Assembly (NCBI GenBank): GCA_964549615.1
Contig: CAZJVP010000020.1
Span: 128,001-192,000, forward strand
DNA: 64,000 nt
Reading direction: 5' to 3'
From: an uncultured Thermococci archaeon
GTDB lineage: Archaea > CAYQAE01 > CAYVLA01
Shown here: positions 29,655 to 38,390 of the stretch, piece after piece
How the letters are laid out: every line of letters begins with the position of its first letter
Position numbering within the stretch: the first letter of the stretch is position 1
Program-made: the position numbers and the translations under genes
The notes under the pieces: generated by a model
The model's input: the letters and a program-made list of their open reading frames with translations, nothing else
What the model was told of the DNA's origin: nothing
Databases searched by the model: none

Positions 29655-30194
29655 GTGCTGCTGCCTAGCCAGATATCGAAGATGCAGATCGACGAGGTCG
29701 TTGTGAACGTGAAAGCTAGCGTGCGCCAGATCGATCTCGTCGCGGCCAAGATCGGTCCGTTTGCGGCGGGCACTGAGGTCAAGATGGAAAGGTGGCAGGC
29801 CGAGGTCCTCAGCAAATGGGGAATAGTTGACAGGCCCACCGACTCGAGGACCCTCCTCCTGAAAGCATACACCCTTCGAGACAAAGAACAAGCGACGAGG
29901 TCTTTGGAAGAGATGGAAGACGTCTTCCAGATCATTCCCGAGATTGTGCAAAGCCTTCAGGCCGAGGGGCAGTTAGTCCAGAAGATCGGGGCAGTCAGGG
30001 CCCTTCATGAGGACCTTTTGACTTCGCGCACGAACAAGATCACCAGGATCGCAAGGATGGGCCAGGACCCGGCGGAGAAGCTCAGCCCCGAAGAATTATG
30101 GCTGTACCACTCTCTGAGCAGGATATTCAGCGTCTGGCGGACTGAGACCGAGCGGTTGTTGGACCCCGGGAGAGAAAAAGGCGACGCCCTATGA
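29655..30194 (+). CDS. GINS23 (Psf2/Psf3-like) replication factor
   Basis: N-terminal beta domain GPFAAGTEVKMERWQAEVL, helical domain RTNKI...LSPEE; stop overlaps the mcm start (ATGA). ATG 29682 is an alternative start. Confidence 0.8.
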   Translation: MLLPSQISKMQIDEVVVNVKASVRQIDLVAAKIGPFAAGTEVKMERWQAEVLSKWGIVDRPTDSRTLLLKAYTLRDKEQATRSLEEMEDVFQIIPEIVQSLQAEGQLVQKIGAVRALHEDLLTSRTNKITRIARMGQDPAEKLSPEELWLYHSLSRIFSVWRTETERLLDPGREKGDAL

Positions 30195-32215
30195 AGGAGA
30201 GGTTTCTGGAGTTCTTCAAGTCCGCAGAGAAGGATGGGCAGCTGGTCTATCGCCAAGCCATCCGCGAGATGCTCCTTGCGGACGAGATATCGCTTGAGAT
30301 CGACTTCGGACACCTGAGGGGCTTCGATCCTGACCTGGCCGAGGAGGTTATCCGGAACCCGAAGCAAGCGATCGAGGCGGCCTCCCTGGCGATCAATGAC
30401 CTTCTAAGGCTGGAGGGCGAGGAGCCTCTCGAAGAGGTCCACGCAAGGTTCAAGTCATTGCCCAAGCTAACCCAGATCCGCGCGATCAGAGCGAAGGACA
30501 TAGGAACCCTGCTCATGCTGGAGGGCGTCGTCACGCGTGTGACCGATGTCAAGCCAGAGCTGAGCGAGGCCATCTACAGGTGCGAGCGATGCGGGGAGAT
30601 GATCGGGGTCATGCAGACGAGCAACCGTATCAAGACACCCGCTCTGTGTGAGAACCGTTCCTGCGCATCGCGTGGGCCCTTCACGCTTGTCGGGGAGCAA
30701 TCCAAGTTCACGGACTGGCAGAGCGCGCGAATTCAGGAAAAGCCAGAGACGTTGAGGGGCGGAAGGATGCCCGTCTACATAAACGCAATCCTCCGCGAGG
30801 ATATGGTGGAGAAGGTTCAGCCGGGCAACCGCGTCACCCTCACCGGCATCCTAAAAGCCACCCAGCCAATCCAGAAGGGCAGGGTCAGCGGCACCGTGCT
30901 GGAGAAGCACATCGAAGTGAACTACATTGAATGTCAGGAAAGGGGAATAGAGGAGATCGAGATAACCAAGCAGGACATGGTGGAGATAGAGAAGCTGGCC
31001 AAGGATCCACTGATCTGCCAAAAGATCATGAGATCGATCGCCCCGTCCATCTGGGGCTACGATCCAATCAAGGAAGCAATCGCCCTACAGCTCTTCTCAG
31101 GGAAGTACAGGCTTCTGCCAGACGGCACGTGGCAGAGGGGAAACATCAACATCCTCCTCATAGGCGACCCTGGGGCTGGCAAGAGCGCCTTGCTCACATA
31201 CACGAGAAACTTGGCCCCCCGCGCCGTATACGCATCCGGCAGATCCAGCTCGGCCGCCGGACTCACCGCGGCAGTTCTCCGCGATGAGATGAGCCTGGGA
31301 TTCGTTCTGGAGGCAGGAGCACTCGTGCTTGCCGACGGCGGGATCGCGTGCCTTGATGAGTTCGAGAAGATGAATGAGCAGGACCGCGCGGCCATCCACG
31401 AGATCATGGAGCAAGGCACACTCTCGATAGCCAAGGCGGGCATAGTCGCCACCCTCAATGCAAGGACCTCCGTGCTTGCTGCAGCTAACCCGAAGTTCGG
31501 GCGGTTCGATCCATACAGGAGCCTTGCCGACCAGATCGACCTCCCCCCCACGATCCTATCGAGGTTCGACTTGATCTTTCCCATCAGGGACGTTCCCAAG
31601 GAAGACAAGGATCGGATGATAGCCCAGCACATCCTCAGGTTCAGATCCATGCCTGAAGAAGGGATGAAGCAGGAGATAGACCCGGATCTTCTCAGGAAGT
31701 ACGTGAGCTATGCGAGGAAGAACATCAACCCCACGATAGGGCCGGAGGCCGCCAAGCGAATGGAGGACTTCTACGCCGATATGAGACGGGGAGGGGCCGA
31801 GGGTGCCAACCCGGTCCCCGTAACGCCCCGCCAGCTCGAATCCATCGTGCGCCTATCCGAGGCCAGGGCAAGGATGAGGCTCTCCACTGAAGTTTCGATC
31901 GAAGACGTCGACCACGCCATAGGTCTGATGGAGTACTGTCTACGGAATGTGGGGATCGACCCGGAGACGGGCAAGATGGACATCGACAAGATGCTGACGG
32001 GGAAGTTCAAGTCCCAGTGGGATCGGCTGGCAAACCTCTCCGACCTGATAAAAGACCTCTGCCAAAAACACGGCGGGCTGGTTCCCGTTGACGAGATACT
32101 TGAGAAAGCGCAGGAGCAAGGCATCGACGCGAAGGACGCCACCAAGCTCATAAGCGAGATGAAGAGGAAGGGCGACCTCTACGAGCCCAAGTTCGGCTAC
32201 CTGAGCCGGGCGTAA
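30191..32215 (+). CDS. mcm: Replicative MCM helicase
   Basis: C4 Zn finger, SIAPSIWG, GDPGAGKS, AAGLTA, LEAGALVLAD, DEFEKM, AANP, SRFD, TPRQLE, C-terminal wHTH; no intein visible. Confidence 0.98.
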   Translation: MKERFLEFFKSAEKDGQLVYRQAIREMLLADEISLEIDFGHLRGFDPDLAEEVIRNPKQAIEAASLAINDLLRLEGEEPLEEVHARFKSLPKLTQIRAIRAKDIGTLLMLEGVVTRVTDVKPELSEAIYRCERCGEMIGVMQTSNRIKTPALCENRSCASRGPFTLVGEQSKFTDWQSARIQEKPETLRGGRMPVYINAILREDMVEKVQPGNRVTLTGILKATQPIQKGRVSGTVLEKHIEVNYIECQERGIEEIEITKQDMVEIEKLAKDPLICQKIMRSIAPSIWGYDPIKEAIALQLFSGKYRLLPDGTWQRGNINILLIGDPGAGKSALLTYTRNLAPRAVYASGRSSSAAGLTAAVLRDEMSLGFVLEAGALVLADGGIACLDEFEKMNEQDRAAIHEIMEQGTLSIAKAGIVATLNARTSVLAAANPKFGRFDPYRSLADQIDLPPTILSRFDLIFPIRDVPKEDKDRMIAQHILRFRSMPEEGMKQEIDPDLLRKYVSYARKNINPTIGPEAAKRMEDFYADMRRGGAEGANPVPVTPRQLESIVRLSEARARMRLSTEVSIEDVDHAIGLMEYCLRNVGIDPETGKMDIDKMLTGKFKSQWDRLANLSDLIKDLCQKHGGLVPVDEILEKAQEQGIDAKDATKLISEMKRKGDLYEPKFGYLSRA

Positions 32216-32309
32216 AGGCCACCCGGAGCCGACTCTTGAGAAAGATACTTATGCCGTGGCGGGGCAGGGACCGTGACCCCGGCGCGGGCTTCTGCTTCTC
32301 GGTGATTCC

Positions 32310-33539
32310 GTGCTTGCCGTAGAGAAACTAAAGGCTATGGTGAAGAGATACCCGCTTTGCGACGCTTGCCTCGGAAGACAGTTCTCCCACGACATGAGCT
32401 TGGAGGAAAGCATGCGGCTAGGCCGAAAGATCAGAAGGTTGGCAGGGGCGGACGCTGCCGGCTCACCCTCGGAATGCTTCATCTGCTTTCCGACCAGGCA
32501 ACAGCTTTCGGAGCTGGAGGGGCAAGTGCCCCGGACTATGGAGGGCATCGAGTGCGAGACCATCCAGGTTGGGGTGAGCGTACCGGACGAGCTCACGAGG
32601 AGGGAGGACGAGCTCAGAATCCGATACTGCCTTCTGGAGAGCGAAAGCATTCGTAGGGAGCTCAGCCATCATGTTGGTCAGAGGTTGGCCCAGAAGCTGG
32701 GAGTCAAGATCGACTTTGAGAAGCCCGACGTGACGCTCGTCTTCGACCTTTCGGGCAGCACGCCGAAGCTCCAAGTCCAGATCAACCCGCTCTTCATCTT
32801 CGGGCGGTACAGGAAACTTGAGAAGGGGATAGCTCAGACCAAACGGTACTGTTTTTCGTGCCACGGCAAGGGTTGCGAGTCGTGCCTTTTCACGGGATAC
32901 GAGTCGGAAGACAGCGTCGAGTCGATGATAGCCAAACGCATCGCGGACTTCTTCGGCGGCAGCGGTTGGAAGTTCCATGGGGCAGGTCGGGAGGACATAG
33001 ATGCGCGCATGCTTGGAAACGGCAGACCTTTCGTTCTGGAGATCCTTAACCCGACGAGGAGGAAAAGAGACCTAAGCGAGCTGGAAGCGGAAACGAACGC
33101 TAGATGGAAGGGCAAGCTGGAGGTCTTCGGCCTCAGACCATCGACCCGCCGCGAGATGCAGCATATCAAGACGAAGAAGTTCGACAAGACCTATGAGCTG
33201 GTCATAGCCTTCCCCGATGGGGTGAGCGAGGAAGCGCTCAGGAAGCTACCAGAGAAGATGTCCGGATGCGAGATACGGCAAAGCACGCCGCTCAGAGTCC
33301 TGCCGAGGAGAAAGGACGCCGTGCGGAAGCGTCTGGTCAAAGCCCTGCAAGTGTTGGAGGTGGATCCCGGCGGTCGGAAAGCGCGGATTCGGCTTCGGGC
33401 CGAAAGCGGGCTCTACGTGAAAGAGTTTGTCACCGGGGACGGCGGGAGGACTGAGCCGAGCATAAAGGACATGCTTGGCGTAACGGACGTTGAGGTGGAA
33501 TCCCTAGACGTGGTGGGCGTGCACGATGATTTGTCCTGA
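32310..33539 (+). CDS. pus10: tRNA pseudouridine 54/55 synthase Pus10
   Basis: LCDACLGRQF, GRYRKL, FHGAGREDIDARMLGNGRPF, QSTPLRV, GLYVKEF..GDGGRT.PS. Confidence 0.95.
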   Translation: MLAVEKLKAMVKRYPLCDACLGRQFSHDMSLEESMRLGRKIRRLAGADAAGSPSECFICFPTRQQLSELEGQVPRTMEGIECETIQVGVSVPDELTRREDELRIRYCLLESESIRRELSHHVGQRLAQKLGVKIDFEKPDVTLVFDLSGSTPKLQVQINPLFIFGRYRKLEKGIAQTKRYCFSCHGKGCESCLFTGYESEDSVESMIAKRIADFFGGSGWKFHGAGREDIDARMLGNGRPFVLEILNPTRRKRDLSELEAETNARWKGKLEVFGLRPSTRREMQHIKTKKFDKTYELVIAFPDGVSEEALRKLPEKMSGCEIRQSTPLRVLPRRKDAVRKRLVKALQVLEVDPGGRKARIRLRAESGLYVKEFVTGDGGRTEPSIKDMLGVTDVEVESLDVVGVHDDLS

Positions 33540-34887
33540 GAGGATATCCGAACCGGTTAGGGTCACCCCCATATTCGCTGAGTGCGACGTCCTCGTTGTG
33601 GGAGGCGGACCCGCAGGGATTGCTGCAGCGACAAGCTCGGCCAGGAACGGGGCAAGGACGATTCTGGTGGAGGCATACGGGTTCCTCGGCGGAATGCTCA
33701 CCGCGGGCATGGTAAACGTGATCAACGGGTTTCGAAGCCAACGCCACCGACACTGCCCCAGGGCCGTCGGAGGGGTGGCCCAAGAGCTTGTTGAAAGAAT
33801 CGCCCAACACGATGGAGCCTATCTCCCCGACGGATACGTCCCCTACTGTGTGGTGGTGGATCCGGAGGTCGCAAAAATTGCCGCCTTCGAGCTCGTACGG
33901 CAGTCCGGAGCCCGGATGCTGCTCCACACCATCGCCACGAACGCCTTGAGGGAGGCCGGCTCCATATCCGGGATAGTCACGCACAGCAAGTCGGGGCGGA
34001 GGGCGATCAGAGCAAAGGTTGTGGTCGACTGCACCGGCGATGGCGACATCGCCTCCAACGCTGGGGCCGCATATGAGGTAGGCCGATCGATCGACGGGAA
34101 AACACTGCCGATGCAGTTGATGTTCAGAATGCGAGCCGTGGACTGCGGCCGGCTAGCGTCCTACGCCTATTCCAACAGAGCACGCCTGCAGCCGATGTAT
34201 GACATCGAGCCGCTGGATCACGTGATCGAGGCTGCCGAGCTTGGGAGGCCGTTCGGTGTCAGCGGACTCGGCCTGGGTGAGGGGGAGAACTCAGGCACGT
34301 TCTCTTGCATTGTGTGGAGAGGAAGGGCATTGGTCTGGGCCTCCAGACAACACGAGCTCAAAGGTATTGATGTCGAGGACCTGACGGTCGCTGAGATCGA
34401 ATCTAGGCTGGATCTCCCGGCGATAGTGAGCAAGATCAAAAACGTCCCCGGCTTTGAACGGGCGGAACTTGAGCAGACGGCAGCACAGGTGGGCGTTAGG
34501 GAGACGAGGCGAATCGTGGGCGACTACACGCTTACGGAGAAGGACGTCATCGACAGGGGCGAGTTCGAAGACTCGGTCGCCGTTGGGGCGAATCCCATGG
34601 CATGCCTTGGGAGGAGACCGATCCTCGCGCACGACGGTTTCGAGATACCTTTCAGATGCCTCCTGCCGGAAAAGGTCGATGGCGTGCTTCTGGCAGGCCG
34701 GTGCATCTCGGCAAGCCATGAAGCCCATGGATCGATCAGGGCGATGGCAACATGCATGGCGACCGGACAAGCCGCGGGGACGGCAGCCGCCCTTTGTGTC
34801 ATGACCGGCGAGATCCCACGCCACGTTAGCGTTCCGCGGCTTCAGGCTCTCCTGCAGGCGCAGGGCGCTATCGTGAGACGGCCTTGA
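33526..34887 (+). CDS. FAD-dependent oxidoreductase (FAD_oxidored-like family)
   Basis: DVLVVGGGPAG, VDCTGDGD, GVRETRRIVG, IPFRCL, AGRCIS, RAMATCMATGQAAGTAA. Confidence 0.9.
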   Translation: MICPERISEPVRVTPIFAECDVLVVGGGPAGIAAATSSARNGARTILVEAYGFLGGMLTAGMVNVINGFRSQRHRHCPRAVGGVAQELVERIAQHDGAYLPDGYVPYCVVVDPEVAKIAAFELVRQSGARMLLHTIATNALREAGSISGIVTHSKSGRRAIRAKVVVDCTGDGDIASNAGAAYEVGRSIDGKTLPMQLMFRMRAVDCGRLASYAYSNRARLQPMYDIEPLDHVIEAAELGRPFGVSGLGLGEGENSGTFSCIVWRGRALVWASRQHELKGIDVEDLTVAEIESRLDLPAIVSKIKNVPGFERAELEQTAAQVGVRETRRIVGDYTLTEKDVIDRGEFEDSVAVGANPMACLGRRPILAHDGFEIPFRCLLPEKVDGVLLAGRCISASHEAHGSIRAMATCMATGQAAGTAAALCVMTGEIPRHVSVPRLQALLQAQGAIVRRP

Positions 34888-34922
34888 CTCCCGGTCTCGA
34901 CATGCCCCGAGAGCCCGAGAGG

Positions 34923-34945
34923 ATATATTTATATGGATTTTTATC
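34923..34945 (+). promoter_or_regulatory. TATA-like promoter for the rpl21e operon
   Basis: ATATATTTATATGGATTTTTATC about 95 bp upstream of rpl21e. Confidence 0.55.
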
Positions 34946-35038
34946 CGCAATTGAAGCGAAACCCTGCGTCACGTGCTGGAGGGACTCTCTACCTAATTCT
35001 TGCGCGACAGGACCTGACTGGTTCTAGGGTGTGCATTA

Positions 35039-35332
35039 ATGGCCGAAAGATCAAGAGGAAGAAGGTCAAAGACGAGATACAAGCTGCGGAAAGACCTTCG
35101 CGATAGAAGATGTGCCAGCATAGCTAGGGCCACCCAGACGTTCAAACAGGGCGACATCGTCCACATCAAGGTTGACCCAGCCGTCCATGGCGGCATGCCC
35201 CACCCCAGGTTCCATGGGCTCACGGGCATAGTCACCGAGACCAGGGGAAGAGCCTACCTAGTCAAGGTCACGGCTGGGCGCAAGGAGAAGACGATCATAG
35301 TTTCTCCAGAGCATATGTTGCCCCAGAGGTGA
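35039..35332 (+). CDS. rpl21e: 50S ribosomal protein L21e
   Basis: RSRGRRSKTR, GDIVHIKVDP, GMPHPRFHGLTG, PEH. Confidence 0.97.
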   Translation: MAERSRGRRSKTRYKLRKDLRDRRCASIARATQTFKQGDIVHIKVDPAVHGGMPHPRFHGLTGIVTETRGRAYLVKVTAGRKEKTIIVSPEHMLPQR

Positions 35333-35339
35333 GTGAGCC

Positions 35340-35837
35340 ATGCTGGCCAAGGAAATTATCTCCGAGAGATACGTCACAGTCCCGGAGGTAAAGGACCTCC
35401 TAACCAAGCGTTCCAAGGTCGACGAACTGAGGTACGAGCAGCGGACCGCCCTGGAGTATGCGACCCGGTTCTCCCGGACCACTGGAAAGGAAGCCAGAAG
35501 ACTGGTCGATAAGCTGATGCAGGAGATCGAGGGTCTGAAGGAGCACCAGGCAGTGCTCATAGTGAACCTGCTGCCCGTTGACAGGAACGACCTTCAGCTA
35601 ATCTTCGCAAAAGAGAGAATCCGGCTGGATGACTCCAAGATCGATGCAATCCTCCGCATAGTGGAAGGAGCCAAACTCATCGCACTCTCCGAGATCGAGT
35701 CGGAACTAGAGAAGGCCCGCCAGGCCGAGAAGGAGGCCTTGGAAGCGGAGGCTGCAAAGCAGAAAGAGGCCCCGAGCGCGCGGGAAGAGAAGGCAGACAA
35801 GGCCGAGGAGCAGGGAAAGCCCAAGAAGTCAGAATGA
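35340..35837 (+). CDS. rpoF: RNA polymerase subunit Rpo4 (F) with charged C-terminal extension
   Basis: YVTVPEVK..L, YEQRTALEYA..FS, IVNLLP...DL..IF; canonical position after rpl21e. Confidence 0.93.
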   Translation: MLAKEIISERYVTVPEVKDLLTKRSKVDELRYEQRTALEYATRFSRTTGKEARRLVDKLMQEIEGLKEHQAVLIVNLLPVDRNDLQLIFAKERIRLDDSKIDAILRIVEGAKLIALSEIESELEKARQAEKEALEAEAAKQKEAPSAREEKADKAEEQGKPKKSE

Positions 35838-35853
35838 AGGGCGGGGGACCTAG

Positions 35854-36411
35854 GTGTACGAAACATATGGCTATGTCCTAGATTACCTCAAAGAGGGTTA
35901 TCCCGAGGATGACAGGCCTAGCTACCTCAAGGAACCCATAGTGCAGATCGTGGGCGAGGACCGTTTCACCCTGCTGGAAGCGACCCCGAAGCCCAAGGTG
36001 ACGATAGAGGTCTACGAAAGGGTCTTCGTGGGCAAAGCGGAGAGGGACAAGATAGGTTTCATCAAGCGGCGGATATCGTACGAGGACCTGACCTCCGCCG
36101 CCAAGGTCGAGCTACCTTACGTCGTCGAGAAGATCGTGGAACGCAAGGAGAAGGAGTACGTCAACTGGTTCAACACGGCCGCCCCCCTAACGACCAGGAT
36201 GCACTCGCTGGAACTGATTCCAGGCATCGGCAAGAAGATAATGTGGGAGATACTTAACGAGAGGAAGCGCAAGCCATTCGAATCATTCAAGGATATCTCC
36301 GAGAGGATTCGCCTCATCCCGGACCCAAAGAAGGCGATCGTGAAGAAGATACTCTCCGAGATACAAGAGCAGGAGAAGTACTACATATTCGCCAATGTCA
36401 TGAGGAAGTGA
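35854..36411 (+). CDS. DUF655 family putative RNA-binding protein
   Basis: VLDYL, FTLLE, YEDLT, FNTAAPLTTRMHSLELIPGIGKK, PFESF, KY; conserved operon position. Confidence 0.93.
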   Translation: MYETYGYVLDYLKEGYPEDDRPSYLKEPIVQIVGEDRFTLLEATPKPKVTIEVYERVFVGKAERDKIGFIKRRISYEDLTSAAKVELPYVVEKIVERKEKEYVNWFNTAAPLTTRMHSLELIPGIGKKIMWEILNERKRKPFESFKDISERIRLIPDPKKAIVKKILSEIQEQEKYYIFANVMRK

Positions 36412-36412
36412 G

Positions 36413-37216
36413 ATGGTCCGCCTGCCTGGCGGCATCCGTCCGAGTAAGCGCCTGGACCAGTACTTTCTCACCGACCAGAGGATCCTTCGCAGGGAGGTCG
36501 ATCTGGCCCAGCTCGCTCGCTCGGATGTCGTCCTCGAGATAGGCGCTGGCAACGGGTGCCTCACCCGGATGATAGCGGAAAGGGCCGGGAAGGTCATAGC
36601 GATCGAGAAGGACCGTCGACTCGCCTCTTTCCTCTCCCGGAACTGCCAGGACAACGTCGAGGTCTTGGAGGGCGACGCCCTCGATCTCGATTTTCCGCCC
36701 TTCAACAAGGCTATGGGGAACCCGCCATACTCCATATCCAGCCCCTTGATCTTCAAGCTCCTGGGCTACTCGTTTGAGCTGGGGGTCTTCACGTTTCAGT
36801 ATGAGTTTGCCCAAAGGATGATCGCCCGGCCGGGGACCGAGGGCTACTCAAGGCTGTCGATGATGCTTGCGCTAGCCACAAACAGGATATCCTTGGAGGA
36901 GGTCGTTCCAAGGGAAGCCTTTTCACCCGTCCCCGAAGTGGACTCCGCCATCGTGGTCATAATACCGAAGCCCGCCTTGAAGTTGGATCCGGTCTCCAGC
37001 CACGTCATCAGGATGCTCTTCTGCCACAAGCGCAAGACGCTAGCAAACGCCATCAAGGACTCCGACAAGGAGCTGCGAAGGCTTTTCGGGCTTGGTTCCT
37101 CAGAGGTCTTGCAGGCGCTTCAAGCCGACTATGACCTGAGGGTGTACCAGATGACCCCCGAACGAATCATCTCCCTATGCGAAGATTTCAAGAGGCTGAT
37201 CGACCGGCGAGCCTAG
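36413..37216 (+). CDS. rsmA: 16S rRNA adenine dimethyltransferase KsgA/Dim1
   Basis: LDQYFL, LEIGAGNG, IEKD, GDAL, NPPYSIS, QYEFAQR, FSPVPEVDS, KRKTL. Confidence 0.95.
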   Translation: MVRLPGGIRPSKRLDQYFLTDQRILRREVDLAQLARSDVVLEIGAGNGCLTRMIAERAGKVIAIEKDRRLASFLSRNCQDNVEVLEGDALDLDFPPFNKAMGNPPYSISSPLIFKLLGYSFELGVFTFQYEFAQRMIARPGTEGYSRLSMMLALATNRISLEEVVPREAFSPVPEVDSAIVVIIPKPALKLDPVSSHVIRMLFCHKRKTLANAIKDSDKELRRLFGLGSSEVLQALQADYDLRVYQMTPERIISLCEDFKRLIDRRA

Positions 37217-37263
37217 GCTCGATCCGAAATCATTTTCACCAAGCGCGGCTACCTACATCATGA

Positions 37264-38364
37264 ATGTTAAGCCTTGAGCAGTACGTCCTTTTCCTCCTCT
37301 CCATGAAGAAGGAGGGCAAGGCGGTCGACCTCGCCCACATACGGGAGAAGGCCGAGAGGGATATGCCAGGGACGAACTTGGGCGCAGTTGAGGAAGCCCT
37401 GGATGCACTCATCGGCCGCGCGTATGTCTCCAGGCACGATGGCAAATTCGTCGCCACGGAGGCTGGGCGGGACAGCTTCAAGGGCATGTTCCCGGCGATA
37501 GAGGAAGAGCTCAGAAAGGTCAACGAGGCATGGACCCTCGTCTACGTTGCGAAGAACTACTACCCCGAGGTTGCGGAGGAAATCACCGCGATCTGCAAGG
37601 ACAGATACGTCGGATTCTTCTGCGTCTTCACCGAGGAGCATTTCTTCAGGAGGAAACTGGGCAGGGACTACATAACGATAAGTCGGCCATCCGAGCTCTT
37701 GCGCCTGGTGGATATGCACTACGTGGACGTGATACCGTGCGTCCACAGGATCGGCTGCGACCGCCCTGACTGGCTCGTCATAGACCTGGACGCTGGCGCT
37801 TCCGTCCCGCTCGCCCAGGTCAAGAAGGCCGCGCTGCTTACTTACGAGGCCCTTCTCGAGCACGGACTCAAGGCCGCACTGAAATTCTCGGGCAGCAGGG
37901 GCTTCCAGGTCTGGGCTCAGATCGCCGAGTTCAAGATGCCCGATCGCTATAGGCCCCTCGTGTCGGGCGGAAGCAGCCAGCGAGCCACCAGCTTCTTCTC
38001 CCTTTTCGCCGACATGATCGCCTACATCGAAGCCCGGATTCACGACCGCATGGAGGGCAAGACGACGAGCACGGTGGCCGACAAAGAGAAAAGGGAGGAC
38101 AAGATCCTTCTGGATTCGAGCTCCATGAAGGAGATGGGACTCGTGAGATCTCCATACAGCCTCCACCACAGAACCGGGCTAGTCTCAATGCCCCTTTCCG
38201 CGGACGAGGTCGAGACGTTCGATGTCTCCATGGCAAGGCCTCAGAACGTCCTCGCGAGATTTCGTAAAAAGGGCAACGAGTTCCGGATTCCGGCAAGTAA
38301 CCCGGAAAAGATAGTCAGGGCGACCTTGGATTGGGTAGAAGATAATAACCGGCGCGTCTCCTAG
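37264..38364 (+). CDS. wHTH-fused archaeo-eukaryotic primase (LigD polymerase-like) domain protein
   Basis: N-terminal wHTH (VEEALDALIGRAYV..FVATEAG); RPDWLVIDLD, KFSGSRGFQV, KILLD, RSPYSLHHRTGLVSMPL. Confidence 0.8.
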   Translation: MLSLEQYVLFLLSMKKEGKAVDLAHIREKAERDMPGTNLGAVEEALDALIGRAYVSRHDGKFVATEAGRDSFKGMFPAIEEELRKVNEAWTLVYVAKNYYPEVAEEITAICKDRYVGFFCVFTEEHFFRRKLGRDYITISRPSELLRLVDMHYVDVIPCVHRIGCDRPDWLVIDLDAGASVPLAQVKKAALLTYEALLEHGLKAALKFSGSRGFQVWAQIAEFKMPDRYRPLVSGGSSQRATSFFSLFADMIAYIEARIHDRMEGKTTSTVADKEKREDKILLDSSSMKEMGLVRSPYSLHHRTGLVSMPLSADEVETFDVSMARPQNVLARFRKKGNEFRIPASNPEKIVRATLDWVEDNNRRVS

Positions 38365-38390
38365 GCGGATCAAAGGCTGCGTGACCTTAC

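Noticed and set aside
34946-35038. Structured leader or guide RNA upstream of rpl21e
   Set aside because: Only short complementarities; no canonical box C/D or H/ACA set.
37267-38169. 300-aa minus-strand ORF
   Set aside because: Antisense shadow of the AEP gene.
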